Shown in pieces: positions 29,978 to 39,712 of a stretch of 56,345 bases of DNA. The position numbers were made by a program, and so were the translations under genes. Source of the stretch: a virus (taxonomy: Duplodnaviria; Caudoviricetes); IMG/VR virus record IMGVR_UViG_3300009566_000006, positions 1-56,345 of that record. One strand, 5' to 3'. The stretch's first letter is position 1. Each line of letters begins with the position of its first letter. The notes under the pieces are model-generated. The model had not been told where the DNA came from. It made no database searches and saw only the letters and a list, made by a program, of their open reading frames with translations.

Positions 29978-30583
29978 TCACACATTTCTAAACTCACTCA
30001 GATCAATAGGCGCTAAGTTTACGTTTATATTGACGTTCTTATTAACTACGGGCTCATAACGGTCATACACCATAGAGACAGCTGCCAATATGGTAGTATC
30101 CGAAGGGGCAATTTGTTCTGTATAATCAATCACTTGCCCTGTGTTAGTGACCTTCTGTTTCTTTATGGTTCGCTTTCCCCCTTTTAGTATTCGATTGAAC
30201 TGTTTTCCAGCAAGTTCAACCACTTCGGGGCGCTGCAAGGACCATTTTTTATATCTCTGTTCAAGGTTATAAATCGCCCCTTTTGATACTTCATTTTTAC
30301 AATTAGTTAATCTTAAAGCGTTTTCAGCCGTTTCCCCCATTTCCATCAACTTGAACTGTTTAATAGATTTCTCGGATATTTTTACACCGTCTTGGATATA
30401 TTCTATCCGGTTTTCATTTACTGTGTGAATATTATCCAGTATGTCAACAACTGGATACTTTTTCTCCACCAGCGTGCAACCCCAGCGGATCGGGAGTTTT
30501 TCCCGCCCCCGGCAGCGCTTGAAGTATAAGAGATATGTTCGTTCTATCATAAAGCACCTATGCTTTGTTTTTAGGTCCTGCAT
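29978..30583 (-). CDS. Putative terminase small subunit (start uncertain)
   Basis: First gene of the packaging operon; helical core and a beta-rich NVNINVN tail. Confidence 0.5.
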   Translation of the reverse strand: MQDLKTKHRCFMIERTYLLYFKRCRGREKLPIRWGCTLVEKKYPVVDILDNIHTVNENRIEYIQDGVKISEKSIKQFKLMEMGETAENALRLTNCKNEVSKGAIYNLEQRYKKWSLQRPEVVELAGKQFNRILKGGKRTIKKQKVTNTGQVIDYTEQIAPSDTTILAAVSMVYDRYEPVVNKNVNINVNLAPIDLSEFRNV

Positions 30584-30971
30584 TATTTCTGATACATAGA
30601 TAATATCAGCTGTTTAGGTTATGCGCAATAGGCACCCGTGCGTCAAAAACGTCGAATTGGCTCGACAATTATTGCCGGATTATAAATATTGAGCTAAGTA
30701 GCTGTATTTGATGTTTATTCCCGGATTCTATCCACCAAATTATCAACCTATTGCACACTTTTTAGGCAACAGGTTCGACATTTATTGCCGGATTAGGGAA
30801 ATACAGGCGCACACGTGCAAATATCGCCCGGAATTTATTTGTAATGTGTAGTAATTACGGCATGTTATACAGGAGGATTTTTATAATAAAATAGGCACAC
30901 ATGCTTATGGTGGTATGCAAATTGTATATATAAAAAATAAAAACGAAACACACTGAAAGGGGAAAATCATC

Positions 30972-32075
30972 ATGGCTCACAATATCGCAAACATCAGCGG
31001 ACAAGACGCAGTATTCACAGGCAGGGGAATCCCCGCATGGCATGCTCTCGGAAAAACGATTGAGGGGGTTGCTACCTGGAAAGAAGCTATTGAACTTGCT
31101 GGTCTGAATTGGAGAGTTGAGAAACGCAGCCTTTACAATGACCGGGGGGAAGCGGTCCCCGCTTATGGGATCTTCCGGGACATGGACAATGCTTTTTTAG
31201 GGACTGTTGGGGAGAGATACCAGAGCATACAGAATCAAGACGCTTTTGAATTTGTAGACGCCCTAATCGGCAATGAGGAAGCACACTATGACACCGCGGG
31301 GGCGTTAGGTAATGGTGAAGTGATTTTCTGTTCGGCTTACCTTCCAAGTGCAGGTTTTGAAGTTGTCCCCGGCGACATTCACCAGACCTATTTACTTTTC
31401 AAAACTTCCCATGATGGATCACTCGCGGCAGTCTCCAAATTAACGGATGTAAGAGTAGTTTGCCAGAATACCTTGAACCAGGCACTTAGAAATGGCGGAA
31501 ACGCGGAAATTAAAATCAAGCACACGAAGAACGCCGTTGAAAGGATGGAACTTGCAAAAAAGCTGGTTGCTTCCGGGCGTAAGACTGCCGATCAAATCAG
31601 GAACAAATTCCGGGAACTCTCACAGAAAGTTGTTACACGCCCGGCCCTTGAAGATATCCTTAAAAAGCTTTTCCCCGCTGATGAAAAGGGGAACCTGCAC
31701 ACAAAAACGCAGAACAATATAACCGATATTCTGAACCTGTACGAATCAAACGACAATAACGCTTTTCCGGAAATCCGCGGGACTGCCTACAATCTCATCA
31801 ACGCAATTACTGAGTACACGGATAAGGTCCGGACTGCAAGAGGGGGCGGCATTGAGGGGATGAATCAGGCACGGGCAACGTCGGCACTGTTCGGGTCCGG
31901 GGACACTTTCAAACAGGTTGCCTTTGATACCATTTACCAGGCGGCAAGCGGCATGCCCGACAAATCGAAACAGGTCTTTTATGCTCCCGGTCCGATTGAT
32001 GATAACGACGGCAACAGCACACAGGACAAGGGGAACAATCCTATAGATGCACTTTCACAGATTGTTGATTTCTAA
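30972..32075 (+). CDS. DUF932/DUF945 (TIGR03299-like) phage/plasmid protein
   Basis: PAWHALG, AGLNW, TAGAL, SHDGS, RVVCQNT and NAITEY motifs. Confidence 0.9.
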   Translation: MAHNIANISGQDAVFTGRGIPAWHALGKTIEGVATWKEAIELAGLNWRVEKRSLYNDRGEAVPAYGIFRDMDNAFLGTVGERYQSIQNQDAFEFVDALIGNEEAHYDTAGALGNGEVIFCSAYLPSAGFEVVPGDIHQTYLLFKTSHDGSLAAVSKLTDVRVVCQNTLNQALRNGGNAEIKIKHTKNAVERMELAKKLVASGRKTADQIRNKFRELSQKVVTRPALEDILKKLFPADEKGNLHTKTQNNITDILNLYESNDNNAFPEIRGTAYNLINAITEYTDKVRTARGGGIEGMNQARATSALFGSGDTFKQVAFDTIYQAASGMPDKSKQVFYAPGPIDDNDGNSTQDKGNNPIDALSQIVDF

Positions 32076-32164
32076 TTGCAGAAGGGTCCAGGGGGATCAA
32101 GTTCCCTGGATTAATGCACAAGCCCGGTCCTAAGTCCGGGCGATATGAAAGGGGGACCATAACA

Positions 32165-32377
32165 ATGACAAACGGGCAAATTTCAACCTACCTGGACCGG
32201 ATCACAAAGCACGATAACGACGGCAATCTAACAGGTGAATTAAACATAGAAGGATTCCGGATTCCCGTTTTTGTGCTGGATTACAGAGTAGTTTTTAATC
32301 GGATTGATTTGAACGTCCGCCCGGTTATGGGCTCAGGGGAAAAGTGGGTTTCAGCTGATAGGATGGTTCATAAGTAA
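32165..32377 (+). CDS. Hypothetical protein
   Basis: GGGGG RBS; V.PV.GSGEKWV. Confidence 0.6.
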   Translation: MTNGQISTYLDRITKHDNDGNLTGELNIEGFRIPVFVLDYRVVFNRIDLNVRPVMGSGEKWVSADRMVHK

Positions 32378-32390
32378 AGGAATAATTAAA

Positions 32391-32702
32391 ATGAACGTAA
32401 AATTTAAAACAGACGCACAGCTTGAATTTATTTTTAAGGACTGCCTTGAAGCTATCCAGGCTAATCCTGATAATCCTAAAGTGTACCAATACCTGAAAGA
32501 GAAAACGGAATGTCAAAACGAACTGCTTAGAAGGGAAAGACTCAGGAGTACACGGACGGCCCTTAAATACTATGCTCCAATAGATAGATTACTGTGCAAT
32601 CTGCGAACAAGACATATGGTCTGTAATCCAGATAACAGGATTAAACAGTTTAAGGACGTTTGCTTTAGCTTAGGCTACTACCGGAAATATGGATTTATTT
32701 AA
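32391..32702 (+). CDS. Hypothetical protein
   Basis: AAGGA RBS; co-oriented with neighbours. Confidence 0.55.
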   Translation: MNVKFKTDAQLEFIFKDCLEAIQANPDNPKVYQYLKEKTECQNELLRRERLRSTRTALKYYAPIDRLLCNLRTRHMVCNPDNRIKQFKDVCFSLGYYRKYGFI

Positions 32703-32718
32703 GAGGGGGACCTGAAAA

Positions 32719-32859
32719 TTGAAAACGGCCATAGTGTTACTGATTGCGTCTATTGTGTTGTGTTGTTCTGTACAGCTAAGTGAAACAGCTGATTTGAATA
32801 TACATAATGAGTATATTTCGGCTTTTTGGCTGGATCAAATAGAAGGGGAACAGGAATGA
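32719..32859 (+). CDS. Small signal-peptide protein (46 aa, not in ORF track)
   Basis: GAGGGGG RBS; TTG start; ATGA overlap with the next gene. Confidence 0.45.
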   Translation: MKTAIVLLIASIVLCCSVQLSETADLNIHNEYISAFWLDQIEGEQE

Positions 32860-33386
32860 AAAAGAATAAACTCGAATCCGTTGAAATTAAGCTGGTAGCC
32901 GACGATTCGCCGGATACCTCATTTTTAGGGGAATACACAGACAGTCCGGACCCGTGGGCAATAGTAAGATGTGAAGGGGAATACCTGGAGAACTTAGGGG
33001 ATGATTACGAATTGCCTTCTAAGGGCCGTGTGTGCAGGTTTTTTAAGCCATACGCAGGAGGGGAAAAGCCCGGCAGTAAAGAATATCAGGAATATGGGAA
33101 ACAGGATTTTAAACGGATGGAACAGCTTAACGATGGAGAATTCAGCTTTATAGGAATCCGGGCATGCGCAAACGTTTCATACAGCACGGGCCAGGAGAAT
33201 AGACGGCTTGATATCCTGGAATCAGGCGGACTATGGGGAATTGAGAGCGATTCGGGCCATGATTACCTGGAACAGATAGCACGGGAACAGCTGGATGATT
33301 TAAAACAGCACCTTCAACAATTCAATGTAGCAACTAAGGGATTCGGCAAATTAGCGGAATCAGCAATAGATAATGCGGATATTTAG
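32856..33386 (+). CDS. Acidic hypothetical protein
   Basis: D/E-rich; SGGLWGIESD motif. Confidence 0.6.
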   Translation: MKKNKLESVEIKLVADDSPDTSFLGEYTDSPDPWAIVRCEGEYLENLGDDYELPSKGRVCRFFKPYAGGEKPGSKEYQEYGKQDFKRMEQLNDGEFSFIGIRACANVSYSTGQENRRLDILESGGLWGIESDSGHDYLEQIAREQLDDLKQHLQQFNVATKGFGKLAESAIDNADI

Positions 33387-33462
33387 AATTTGCTAAAGGT
33401 CCATAGCTGGTTAATTCTGGTGGGTCAATTCATTGCAAAAATATATCACAGGAGAAAAACAA

Positions 33463-34011
33463 ATGAATCAAACATATGTAATCGAAAAAGGCGGTAAGTA
33501 TAGCGACAAGACAAAACAGTATGAAACGCTTAGGTGGGTACTCCGGGCGGCCGCTAAAAATGGTGATCCGCATGAAGTTTTAACAATGCTGCATATTGAA
33601 AACGGGATTCATGTTGCTACGGACGGCCATAGGCTGCATATGGCAAGCATGGAGACTGAACTGCCGGACGGTAATTATAAAGCACTGTCTAATACAGTAA
33701 AGTTAATCATCCTGGAAAAACAGCCTGATGAAATAGAATATGTTCCTTTCTGGAATATCCTGAGTTACCAGCCAGTGAACGGAATAAAACCGTTCGACGC
33801 TTCTTATTCAAACAATCACAACTTTAGTTCTTTTGTCCGGCACATTTATCTTAATTCCGAAAAAGCGTTTCACCTGGACTATTTGAAAGACGCCTACTTT
33901 GAAGGTGGATTGAGATTTGAAAGTGCAGGCGCAGACTATTTCAAACCGTTCATATTCGGCAATGAAAATCAGATTGCAGTCATTATGCCTTATGATCCAG
34001 GCCGGTTTTAA
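33463..34011 (+). CDS. Truncated DNA polymerase III beta-clamp-like protein
   Basis: VATDGHRLH, FHLDYLKDA and terminal AVIMP match the DnaN middle and C-terminal domains; only about 182 aa. Confidence 0.65.
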   Translation: MNQTYVIEKGGKYSDKTKQYETLRWVLRAAAKNGDPHEVLTMLHIENGIHVATDGHRLHMASMETELPDGNYKALSNTVKLIILEKQPDEIEYVPFWNILSYQPVNGIKPFDASYSNNHNFSSFVRHIYLNSEKAFHLDYLKDAYFEGGLRFESAGADYFKPFIFGNENQIAVIMPYDPGRF

Positions 34012-34211
34012 TCCCCTTCCCTGCCGGTTAAATTTTAAATCTTAGCTGGTAGGAATAGCGGATTAAATAAAAAGTGAAAGGGATAAACCATAATGAGACA
34101 AATTACAGTGAAGTATGAAGGGGAATGTAAAAGGTGCGGCCTTCCGGGCTGGATCATTGCAAAAACAATCTAAATAAACATATCTACTCTAAACAAGGTA
34201 AAGGGGGAATT

Positions 34212-34385
34212 ATGGCACGTGATCTTACAATACCTATTCGGGTATCAGACGAAGAAAAGGCAATCTTTGAAACTATGGCTGCGCGCAATGGCTTCAGGAC
34301 CGGCAGCACTTACGGGGTAAGCGCCTATGTGCGTTGGAAGGTCCTGAATGAATATCACGACCAGGAGAAAAAGAAAGCAAGCTAA
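34212..34385 (+). CDS. Ribbon-helix-helix DNA-binding protein
   Basis: IPIRVSDEEKAIF...VSAYVR; GGGGG RBS. Confidence 0.75.
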   Translation: MARDLTIPIRVSDEEKAIFETMAARNGFRTGSTYGVSAYVRWKVLNEYHDQEKKKAS

Positions 34386-34833
34386 CTTTTCTTAACAATT
34401 CTTTGCATAACTTTTAATATCAATTCCAGAGGGGACTATGGTAATAATTCGTTCAATTTAACTCCGGGTTACAAGGGGAATATATGGACCAGGCGGAATA
34501 TGAAAACAGGGCGTTGGAAGCAAAAAAACCACTTCAGTTGTTGTATGGTATTTTTGCTACGTCTGTCGGTTTGATAGGTGCAGCGTTCGGAATTCTTATT
34601 ATTCTATTTTTCTTGTATGTTTTATTTTCCTGAAAACCCCTTGCCGGACCAACAGCCGCACGTTTCGGGCCTACGTCGCCGGATTCCCCTTCGGGTCCCC
34701 GACTCCGGCCCTCACGCGGCTATTGACCGGCGCCGGGATCTCCGGGGAAAATTTCAGGGCTGGCTAACCTTGGCGGATTATTCTTTGCAAAAGAAAAACA
34801 TATAACTTATAACCTGCATTACGGAGGTGCATA

Positions 34834-35016
34834 ATGGCTTTTATTGAAATGGAAATTTCAGGAATTAAGGATGAAGACATAGAAGAATTTAGAATATTTC
34901 ATAGTTTCATTTCTGCTATCAGGGACGGACAAACGGCAATAATAAAGCAAGGTGAATATGTAGTTTTAGATCGAAAGACCTTCGATAAATGGACCAATGC
35001 TTTTGAGAAGCCATAA
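34834..35016 (+). CDS. Hypothetical protein
   Basis: GGAGGT RBS. Confidence 0.5.
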   Translation: MAFIEMEISGIKDEDIEEFRIFHSFISAIRDGQTAIIKQGEYVVLDRKTFDKWTNAFEKP

Positions 35017-35397
35017 GCCCCCCATTTTAAAGAAATGAAGAAAATAATTGCAGTCTTCACCTGGCCTATGGGTGTAATGGGGGTTATATTCAGCCTGTCT
35101 ATAATTTACTGGATGCTGAAAACCATCTTTTTCGGTTGATATGTGTTGTCCTAGGGATTTCAGGACTGGTTAATTCTGGCGGGTGATTCATTGCAAAAAT
35201 TCCGAATCCTTCAACGATAAGAATTCTTTTCTGCCGATACTTCATAGCAGCACTTAGGGCAACAAACGGGCGCTCCGCATACAGGACACGGGCTTCTAAG
35301 CTGTTCCCCACATTCACAAAAGCTATTTATCGGCTTTGGTAATAAATCGCTTGGCTTTTCAACCTGCCTTCCTGTTAAGTGGTCATAGTATTTCATT

Positions 35398-35556
35398 TCA
35401 GCTTTCCACATTTATCTCTAATTCATCATAAGTAATTTCAGCGCCGGGACTATCCTTCAGGAAATCCTCCACGGGCTCTTTCAATTCATGCCTTTCTTTC
35501 CGGGCTGCTACAATCCGGTTGCCGTTTATTGCAAAATGTACTTTTTCTTTTCTCAT
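35398..35556 (-). CDS. Small hypothetical protein (52 aa, not in ORF track)
   Basis: MRKEKVHFAING...; ATG directly after a palindrome copy containing AGGTG. Confidence 0.4.
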   Translation of the reverse strand: MRKEKVHFAINGNRIVAARKERHELKEPVEDFLKDSPGAEITYDELEINVES

Positions 35557-35576
35557 ATACGCACCTATGCCTAATT

Positions 35577-37259
35577 TTAATTAAAAAAAATGCCGTCTTT
35601 CCACCAATCCGGGATTATCGTGGGGTTAGTCAACAACGCCTTTTTGAATTGTTCGTCCAGGATATACGTCACGCAGTAATCGTCTTTGGATCTCATTCCG
35701 CGGCCTGACATTTGGACAACGGTTAAAAGCATGTTGGCAGTAAACCATAATTGCCCCGTTTTTCCGCTGTAAACGCGCCGTGACGTGATTTTGTCCCCTA
35801 AGTACAGGAAAGGGGCCTTTGCAACGATTACAAAGCGGCAGAGGTCGTTTTCCAGGCTTAAACCACGTTCCAGGGATGGACTTATGAGTACAAGGGGATC
35901 TTTGGACTGCATGAACTTGTCAACCACGTCCTGCCGGTTGCTGTTGTCGTGGATCAGGAGCCGCTTGTTTTTAACTAATTTCATTATCTTTTGCCCGAGA
36001 GAATACGAAACGCAATGTATGAGCCCCTTTTCATGTTCATGCTGGTCCAAGATATTTCTAATCTCTTTTAACAGCTTCGGGGTTTCTTCCTCCATCGTCT
36101 TAGCTGTCAGGTTCGCAATCGGGTTGATCCGGATCGGCCGGCGCTCAATCGGGAAGGTTGAGGGAATACGGGTAAAGGCAATATCCTCCGTAGGCATGCC
36201 CAAAGTCTTAGCCAGGATCGCCGGGGGAAGGAAGGTTGCAGACATTAAAACTATCTTATCCGCATGCTGCCATAGAAATTCATGCGCAAGGTCCTCATTC
36301 AACCATAATGGCCTGAATATATATTTCCCCTCCTGGCTATCGTCGTAAACCCATGTATGATCTACGTGGTCCAGGAAGATTCCCATTTTGCGCAGGACGC
36401 TTGCAATCCTGTTCCGGGTTTTCAGGGTTTGGACCTGGCTTTCATGCTGGATATGCCGCCAACCGTTGATTGTCCGGTTCATTTCTTCTAACAGGGTCAG
36501 GACTTTGGACTGAGCCAGGCGCACAAATTCTTTCCAGGGCTCAATACCTAACTTGCTGTCTGCGGTCTTCCTGGCCGGTCCCCCTAATCCTAATCTGTCC
36601 ATAGCAAATTGGGTAAAGGTCAGGGATACAAAATTAATGAAAGAGTTTTCCAGGTTGTCAGCTTCATCAATGACCAGAAAAGGGACGCCCGAGAACTGGC
36701 CTACATAGTTTGCTTCTGTGAGGAAATAATCATAGTTTAGAATCCGGTAGTCAGAGGCCAGGCATGCTTTTTTCTCAAGGTTGTAAATGCAACGGCTCCG
36801 GACCAGGCACGGGGATTTCTCTGTATGGGTACATTCAGAGCAAGACCTGTTGCCCGTGGGATCATTTACACATAGGTAATTGGCCCTGCCGAACAGTGAG
36901 CGCGCTTCCGGGAAATCTGCCGTAACCTGATTCTGAAGCACCTTTGAGTGAACCATGTAGGTTAGGTTTTTCTGCATGGCGCCTGATACCATTCCTAATA
37001 AAGTTTTTCCTGAGCCTGTTGGTGCCTCCACTACTACAAATTTTTTATCGCAGTCTGAAATAAAATCTATTGTTTCAAGCTGGTGTTCCCGGAAGGGATA
37101 GGGCTGGAATTTCGCAAACTGATTCTTTGCCTCTACAGCTGTCAACCGATCAGACTTATCTTTTTTTTCCGTTACTTCTGTTACATCTTCAGGGAATGTT
37201 ACATCCGTTACGCCTTCAGGGAAATACAAGGCTGTTATATCTTCAATTTGAACGTTCAT
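35577..37259 (-). CDS. DinG/XPD-family SF2 helicase with Fe-S cluster
   Basis: Q motif (REHQ), EAPTGSGKT, four Cys, DEAD, MSAT, QMSGRGMR. Confidence 0.9.
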   Translation of the reverse strand: MNVQIEDITALYFPEGVTDVTFPEDVTEVTEKKDKSDRLTAVEAKNQFAKFQPYPFREHQLETIDFISDCDKKFVVVEAPTGSGKTLLGMVSGAMQKNLTYMVHSKVLQNQVTADFPEARSLFGRANYLCVNDPTGNRSCSECTHTEKSPCLVRSRCIYNLEKKACLASDYRILNYDYFLTEANYVGQFSGVPFLVIDEADNLENSFINFVSLTFTQFAMDRLGLGGPARKTADSKLGIEPWKEFVRLAQSKVLTLLEEMNRTINGWRHIQHESQVQTLKTRNRIASVLRKMGIFLDHVDHTWVYDDSQEGKYIFRPLWLNEDLAHEFLWQHADKIVLMSATFLPPAILAKTLGMPTEDIAFTRIPSTFPIERRPIRINPIANLTAKTMEEETPKLLKEIRNILDQHEHEKGLIHCVSYSLGQKIMKLVKNKRLLIHDNSNRQDVVDKFMQSKDPLVLISPSLERGLSLENDLCRFVIVAKAPFLYLGDKITSRRVYSGKTGQLWFTANMLLTVVQMSGRGMRSKDDYCVTYILDEQFKKALLTNPTIIPDWWKDGIFFN

Positions 37260-37600
37260 CAGGGCTCTTTCTCTAACTATTAATTATTAACTATTAATTT
37301 CATATAGGGAACTAGTAACGGTCTTACTCATTTTTGTAGTTCCGTTACGTGTTGAGGGACACCCTTAAAAATCGTTACATTCGTTACTACGTGAGGGGTA
37401 ACGCTTGTAACAGGGCTGTTGTAAATTGCTGTTTTCATTAATGTGGTCGTTATGTTATTATGTTGAATTTATCCAATGCTGTTTACGGCTGTAATGTAGG
37501 GGCGTTACATTTCGTTTCATTCTTGTAGGCGGGTAACGCTTAAACTCACCGTTACATTCCTACAAAAACGACACGTTTTGTAACGCTTTTCCGTTACATT
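37170..37600. repeat. Putative phage replication origin with CGTTAC(AT) iterons
   Basis: At least 12 CGTTAC/GTAACG copies in both orientations plus an AT-rich TAACTATTAATT duplication (37274-37299). Confidence 0.7.
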
Positions 37601-37614
37601 TCGGGGTTTTGGGA

Positions 37615-38259
37615 TCAATTTGCCCGGTAATCTTCAATGTTACGAACCTCTCCCGTTATTGCCTCAAGCCTCTTTTTTGCTCGGTATTTTCGGACCCTGA
37701 TTCTGGTTAAAATCTTCTCTCTGGCATCTTTGTTTCCTATTTCCATTTCTACAAGCTGCTCAAGTATGGGAAGAAATTTATCTCCTAACATTGCCCCAAG
37801 ATCGTTTACCTTTTCTTTGCATTCATCGAGCGTCATAAGCCCGGAATGATAGTTTTCGGCGATTTTTTGAACAAAAGTTTTGAGTTTTTCTGCCGTCATT
37901 CCATCATTTAAAACACCTTCCATAGTATCATGTGCGGCGATTGAGGGATTTTTTGACAGGTCTATTTTGTCGGTAAGGAATAACTCGCGCATGATATATA
38001 CGCCCCAATAATGCGCGCAACGATGGACCTGGGCATTTGTTCTGAATTTGGTAGGGTTAGCCTCACGGATCATATTGACAAGCTCTACAACCGATTCCAG
38101 GGCCGAGAATTCAACCCTCTGAGCCCGGCCTTTAACATCGGTCATAAGACCCATGTGCGGGGCCACTTCTTTTAGATTTAACAATTCGTACCATTTAGGG
38201 CCGGTAAGGGATGAAACAAATTTAGACCAATCGGCAGTCTTGCGCCCCTTGACTTTCAT
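37615..38259 (-). CDS. Putative replication initiator/organiser
   Basis: Basic C-terminus RIRVRKYRAKKR immediately followed by the iteron field and the helicase. Confidence 0.45.
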   Translation of the reverse strand: MKVKGRKTADWSKFVSSLTGPKWYELLNLKEVAPHMGLMTDVKGRAQRVEFSALESVVELVNMIREANPTKFRTNAQVHRCAHYWGVYIMRELFLTDKIDLSKNPSIAAHDTMEGVLNDGMTAEKLKTFVQKIAENYHSGLMTLDECKEKVNDLGAMLGDKFLPILEQLVEMEIGNKDAREKILTRIRVRKYRAKKRLEAITGEVRNIEDYRAN

Positions 38260-38324
38260 AAAAAAAATATCCTTTCAAACGTAGCTTTAAGGATTTATGC
38301 TATCATCAATTTTAAAAACCGGCC

Positions 38325-38555
38325 TTACTTTTCAATCCGTTCCCCGATGATCTTATAACCCCTGATTTCCAATATTCGCCGGGCTTCCCTGAAAATCTTG
38401 TCCGGGATCTTAAAGGCCATTTCTGTACTGTGCTTTCCCTTTGTGTACCCCTTCCCTTTCGCTAACCAAATCAGGTAGGGCTCCGGGATATCCTCAAGGC
38501 GCTTTCCCTTGTGGTCGCCCCACGGCATTATAACGGTGTCGGGAGTTATGCGCAT
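38325..38555 (-). CDS. DUF3820-like protein
   Basis: MPWGDHKGKRLEDIPEPYLIWL. Confidence 0.75.
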   Translation of the reverse strand: MRITPDTVIMPWGDHKGKRLEDIPEPYLIWLAKGKGYTKGKHSTEMAFKIPDKIFREARRILEIRGYKIIGERIEK

Positions 38556-39011
38556 TTAAACTGTTCCTATATCTTGGAAGGTCAGCGGCTTTTGAACACC
38601 TTCATCCAGGGCCAGGGGGATAAGCCAGCGCAGGTTAGGCAGCGGCGGAATCGGGCTACCATCAAGGCGCGCATGCAGATTAAGATTTTCAACTAAGATA
38701 AGGTGAGGCTTTTCATCTGTCAGTTGCTTATAATGAAATGCTTTATCGGAAAAACAGCAATAGAAGGAAACGGACCAGCGCGGGGCCTGTGATAAGCTGC
38801 AAAGAAAATGCCAATCCGGATAGTTGGTTTCTATTCCAACTTCTTCTTTAAACTCCCGGATCATGGCGCACAGTGGAGGCTCGCATTGTTCAACCTTGCC
38901 GCCAATCCCGTTAAGTTTTCCCGCTTGCCATGCCGGGCGCGCCTTCTCGATCAAGAGGACCCTGTTACGTTTGGGAGTGAACATAAAGCCAGCAACGTAG
39001 TCAATTCTCAT
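38556..39011 (-). CDS. NUDIX hydrolase
   Basis: GGKVEQCE...AMIREFKEEVGI Nudix box. Confidence 0.92.
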   Translation of the reverse strand: MRIDYVAGFMFTPKRNRVLLIEKARPAWQAGKLNGIGGKVEQCEPPLCAMIREFKEEVGIETNYPDWHFLCSLSQAPRWSVSFYCCFSDKAFHYKQLTDEKPHLILVENLNLHARLDGSPIPPLPNLRWLIPLALDEGVQKPLTFQDIGTV

Positions 39012-39193
39012 TTACGCCCCCTGTCTTCCGTATAGTCGTCTTGGTTCGCAGTCCGGCATTTGACACTTTGCCCCGTTGGTATGCAGCCCATGAATACCTG
39101 ATCGCAGCCCTTGATATCTCTGTGCGGGGTCCCGTGTTCACATTTGGTTTTACAGGTTTTATATTGATTGCAGATTACTTTGGACATTTATAC

Positions 39194-39589
39194 CTACTCC
39201 CATTTTCTAATTATTGTCCGAGCCCACGGTTGCCTTAGCTCTTTATCCTTATAGAAAAAGGAATTCTGTGAGCTGAAATTCAAATCAGGCTCCCATCCTT
39301 CCGGACATAACTTCTGTGCCGTTATTATTGCTACGCCTTTATCGTGGTATTCAGAATCAGGAGGAAGCGGGAATTCAAAAGTTTTGCACATGTGCTTTTT
39401 CCCGATCTTATTCAGGCCCATTAATTCAATTATGCAGTCTGTATGTGACCTGCGGGAAAGGGCCGAGCTTAACTGTTCCGGGGTCAGCGTTACCCTTGCA
39501 AATGTAATCCCGGCCCTCCAATCAATCAGTTCGATGGTTGTATAATCGGCACTGACCAGGATAGTTATTTTTGCGTCTATTAATTCCAT
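39194..39589 (-). CDS. Hypothetical phage protein
   Basis: GGAGG RBS; co-oriented. Confidence 0.6.
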   Translation of the reverse strand: MELIDAKITILVSADYTTIELIDWRAGITFARVTLTPEQLSSALSRRSHTDCIIELMGLNKIGKKHMCKTFEFPLPPDSEYHDKGVAIITAQKLCPEGWEPDLNFSSQNSFFYKDKELRQPWARTIIRKWE

Positions 39590-39712
39590 GCTTCAGTCCT
39601 CCCACTTTTCCCGTTCAAACATTTCCCGGATAAAAAGAAACTGTCTCCATGTAATCTTATCCACGCACAGGCAAGACCAGCGATAATTACAACGTCCGCA
39701 TTTCTTCATTTT

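Noticed and set aside
34629-34758. Integron attC site
   Set aside because: No RYYYAAC/GTTRRRY boundaries and no integron integrase
37170-37600. GTTAC repeats as a CRISPR or guide array
   Set aside because: Repeats are only 6-8 bp, irregularly spaced and in both orientations; this fits iterons
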